Source of the DNA: Eledone cirrhosa
Lineage: Eukaryota
DNA length: 64,000 nucleotides
Assembly: GCA_964016885.1 (NCBI GenBank)
Contig: OZ024740.1
Span: 65,348,001 to 65,412,000 of the forward strand
Direction: 5' to 3'
In this document: positions 60,351-64,000 of the stretch, one piece after another
How the letters are laid out: each line of letters starts with the position of its first letter
Numbering within the stretch: the first letter of the stretch is position 1
Translations under genes and position numbers: made by a program
Notes under the pieces: model-generated
Databases searched by the model: none
Seen by the model: only the letters and a program-made list of their open reading frames with translations
What the model was told of the DNA's origin: nothing

Positions 60351-60638
60351 GGCGACCTACGTAGTAAATCGTATCATCGTGAGCTCCGCAAAGGTTTGTT
60401 ATTTCCGTTTGTTAAAAATTGTCATTTATGGAAAATTTTATTGTTAACTGTTTATAAGCGCACATACATTGTTTTCCGAAAAGGACACCCAAAAAGATTG
60501 GGGCCTTGTGCACAAAATTTAAACTTTTATTATTATCAAAAAAAATTTCTTTTAAAAAAATGGCTAATTCACCTCTGCACCAAACAGCTGAAAGCCTTCA
60601 TCACAAATTAACACCTCACACCGACACCACCATTGTAA

Positions 60639-62578
60639 ATGTTACTACGTTTGCCAACACAAAAAAATATAAGCAGTAGCAATATTTTAAATTTGTCTCA
60701 GGCAGACATTCATTTCCCGCCATTACCAATGACTGCAGGTGTTAAAGCCTCCACCACCACCACCACCGCGACAACCACTACCCCCACCACCACCGCGACA
60801 ACCACCACCCCCACCACCACTGCGACAACAGAAACAAAAGAAGAAAAAAATAGATTAAGTTGTGATGTCGAAATGAAATCAAGCAAAATGGACTCATCCC
60901 CACAAAAGACGACTGACGTCACCACCACCACAACTGAAATTAAAATTAATATTAACACAAATAACGATAGCAACAACAACAACAATGACATTATAAAACC
61001 GACCCTCAGTTTTGCCAGAGTAACAAAACAGTTAGAAGCATTTACGGTAACTCAGGAGGATTTAGAAAATGCCAAACAAATGGTAAAGAAAGATGGGTAC
61101 AGGGTCAGCCTCACCCCCCACCTAATAAAATGGAGCATCGGCGCCTATGCACCGTGTCGTATAGAACAATAAATGTAAAATCGCGACGAGTGGAACGGGC
61201 ATCCGAGTCCCAAATCCAAAAAGCTTTGGGACATGTGTGGGCAAGAAAAACCCACATCAGACGTGGGCAAAAGTTTGGAACCGTAGATGTGTTCTTTGAA
61301 ACACCAGAGGAGGCTAGAGAACACTCCATGGCCCCATTAAAAAGTGACGACTTCACACTCGTCCCAAGCTATTGTGGCCAGAGACTCTTAAAGATCGGGG
61401 TGACCCACGTTCCACCGGCCATCGAAATTCCCTGGCTAATAGCGGCCGTCCTCGCCGGCATCGAAGCCAACACGAAAATAATAGCAATTGCAAAAGAAAA
61501 GCAGGAGAACTGGGCCGGATCTGGGATGGAGCTCCTGATCCAAGCGGACCAAAAAAGCATTGAGGAAATCCCAGAGGTAATAGACCTCACTGACGGCAGC
61601 CACCTCACGGTAATTGTCGAGGGCAGAAGACCTAGGTGTGTCGTTTGTGGTGAAGGAACCCACCTAAGGGCTTTCTGCCCTGAGGGTAAAAGGTTGAGGC
61701 CACCTCTCCCACCCACCCAGTGACACAACCATCAACACCACCAGTAGCAGAGATGGCAGCAACAACTGTAGCAGCAACAACAGAAGCAACTATAACAGCA
61801 ACAACCCCAGCAACAGTAGCAAAACCAACACCACTACCACCACCAGCAAAACCAACACCACCACCACCCAACGCTTCAGAACTAGCACCAGCGCCTACAC
61901 CATCCACCACACCACAACCAAAACTAACGGCTGTGGAGGATTTTCCACTCCCCGGCCTATCACAACTGGAGACAGATTGTGACGACGAGGAGTGGGAAAC
62001 CATATCCGGAAAAAAAAAAGAAACCAAAAAAGAAAAAAAATTCTCTTCCTTCCCCCTCCAAAAACAAAATACAGAGGGAAACAAATAAATTAAGAAACAA
62101 AAAAGTTAGGACAGATATGCCACCATCCACACCAGCATCACCAACCCCATCAACCCAAACACCAACACCATCACCATCATTAACCCCAACACCACCATCA
62201 CCTACACCACAAAAGTCACCAAAATGCGAAACAGAAACAAACCCACAACAAACGCAAACAAAACAAAGCAACCAAAACGATACACACTACACAGCATTAA
62301 ATTTGAACAACAAGCAATTATTACACTACATCCAACACAACACCAGCATCACAGAAAAAGACTACACAACAACCTCAAAATTCACACCACCTCCACACAT
62401 ACAAATCACTCGCATCACACAGAAAACGTACATGACACTAAAACAAAAATTCCCCAAAGACATCGGAGACTTCCGACAAGCACTCTCCAGGAGGATTTAT
62501 AAGGACATCCTTCCTGAGGAGGCCCCAAGCAGTGAAAAGGATGGAAAAACCGTCCTTCCCCTACGAGAAGTAAGGTAA
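60639..62578 (+). pseudogene. LINE ORF1 (RRM-like region, CCHC zinc knuckle, Pro/Thr-rich tail), broken into four frames
   Basis: SFARV motif; FGTVDVFFETPEEA; VEGRRPRCVVCGEGTHLRAFCP (CX2CX4HX4C). Confidence 0.75.
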
Positions 62579-62612
62579 GTGGTCTTTCCCATCTTTTCCA
62601 CTCCTTTTCAAC

Positions 62613-64000
62613 ATGACCTCACTCAGAATAGGCAGCATAAATACGCGTGGCTTGGGGTCGTCATGGAAGCAGGGCCACCTGCTCAACGACCTCAGGTCAC
62701 TAAACATAGATGTAGTGGCCATCAGCGAGACCAGAATCTCCGAAGCACAGGCTTTTGCACCGATCTTCGGCGGCTACGATGTGTACGCATCTCCCAGCCG
62801 TCCGGGATCAGGGGGAGGAGTTGCTGTGCTTTTTCGGAGAGGTTTGGATCTTGCCATACGGGCCATCTTCCTGGACCCAGAAGGAAATTTGGTGGTGCTG
62901 GACGTGACCAGTGGAGACGGGCAAGCTTTCAGGTTAGTGGCCGTCTATGCCCCGACAGGAGCAGGGCGGCCTGATTTCTTCCGGCGTCTGGAGACCTTTC
63001 TTGGAACGTCCCGCTCTTTAGTGTTAGTGGGTGACTGGAACGGGATCTTAGATGCATGCTGGGATTGTGTGGGATTAGTGGATAGGGAAGGAGGGTGCAA
63101 GAGTCTCACCAACCTGCTCAGACGTTTTGAACTGTCTGACAGGTACCGAATGGATTTCCCGAATGTACCAATGTGGACTTGGACAAATCGCATAGGGTCT
63201 TCCAGATCATATCTAGATAGAGTATTTTGTATGGAAATAGATATGTCTAGCATAGGCTGTCCACAATTCAAGATAGTCAGCTACACGGACCTCAAATTCG
63301 TGATCTGTGTGCTTGACTTAGATAGGCTTCATAGACGAGGACCCGGCTACTGGAAGCTAAACGCGTCCTTACCAGCGCGCCATGCCTACAGAGACCGGAT
63401 TAGCGAACTAGTTAAGCGGGCGTTGACGGGGGCCATCGTCAACAACAAGTGGTGGTTTGCTCTGAAAAGAGCAATTAGAATAGAGTCCATTAGGTTTAGT
63501 AAGACTTTAGCAATAGAGAAAAATAGAGCAGAGGGTGAATTAGTTAGAAAATTAGATGAGGCGCTTAGCGAAGGCATCGCGACCGACGTACTTGCGGCGA
63601 AATTGGCCCTTGACAAATTCTTCAATGCAAAGCACGAAGGCTGCGTTGTCAGAGCTAGGGTGCGTGCTCTCAGACACGAGGGGACGAAAGCCGTTCAATG
63701 GGCCCGAGTGGCGGAGGCGCGCCGTGGCAACAAAGCCACGATCCGGTCTTTGGTGGACCACGACAGGCGCATGCTACTCGATCCCGGGCAAATGTGTGAA
63801 GCTTTTCAGCGTCACTTCGCTCAACTGTTCGGGGGCAGTGGCGGGCCAGTCGAGGGATGGACTTTAGTGTCTACCTCGACGGACTGCCGCGGCTTTCGAA
63901 CACTGAGGCGGAGTGTTGTGAAAAGCCGATAACAACCGCTGAAGTACGGGATGCAATGACTAGTTGCACAAGGGGTAAATCGCCTGGTTTGGATGGTCTG
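62613..64000 (+). CDS. LINE ORF2: AP endonuclease and linker, frameshifted near 63860, continuing into the RT start (GKSPGLDGL)
   Basis: SINTRGL, AISET, GGGVAVL, VYAPT, LVGDWN, WTW, SYLDRV, GPGYWKLN; the window ends in AEVRDAM...GKSPGLDGL. Confidence 0.88.

Larger units (their letters stand above)
60351..64000 (+). mobile_element. L1/Tx1-like non-LTR retrotransposon, 5' part, running off the window
   Basis: gag-like ORF1 followed 34 bp later by an APE-RT ORF2. Confidence 0.85.

Noticed and set aside
55258-63867. Antisense and alternative-frame ORFs over the Dong and Tx1 elements
   Set aside because: They are shadow ORFs of the retrotransposon coding frames.

Overview
AT-rich, microsatellite-dense eukaryotic DNA, probably intergenic or intronic. 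The SINE type and repeat landscape suggest an octopod cephalopod (inference). No host protein-coding exon could be supported. Recognisable mobile elements are decayed mariner, RTE, Penelope-like (PLE; RT thumb and GIY-YIG) and tRNA-SINE copies, a Chapaev-type DNA transposon with 9-bp TIRs (53245-54918), two Dong/R4-clade LINE copies in (TAA)n (55108-60292, minus strand) and the 5' half of an L1/Tx1-like LINE (60351-64000, plus strand). The main signal is not in the ORF track. The short repeats in the (TA)n tracts carry type I hammerhead ribozymes (HHRs): 18 intact-looking motifs from 8 sequence-unrelated families, plus a ninth variant family and several decayed motifs. Most have a minimal palindromic helix III, and five families use the compensatory U3:A8 core (UUGANAA) instead of CUGANGA. 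One family forms head-to-tail non-coding arrays of 595-bp and 591-bp units with one HHR per unit (40629-42280, 46521-48933), as expected for retrozyme-like elements copied from a circular RNA. Many of the elements also have fold-back (inverted) arms. All structures were folded by eye; no activity is demonstrated.
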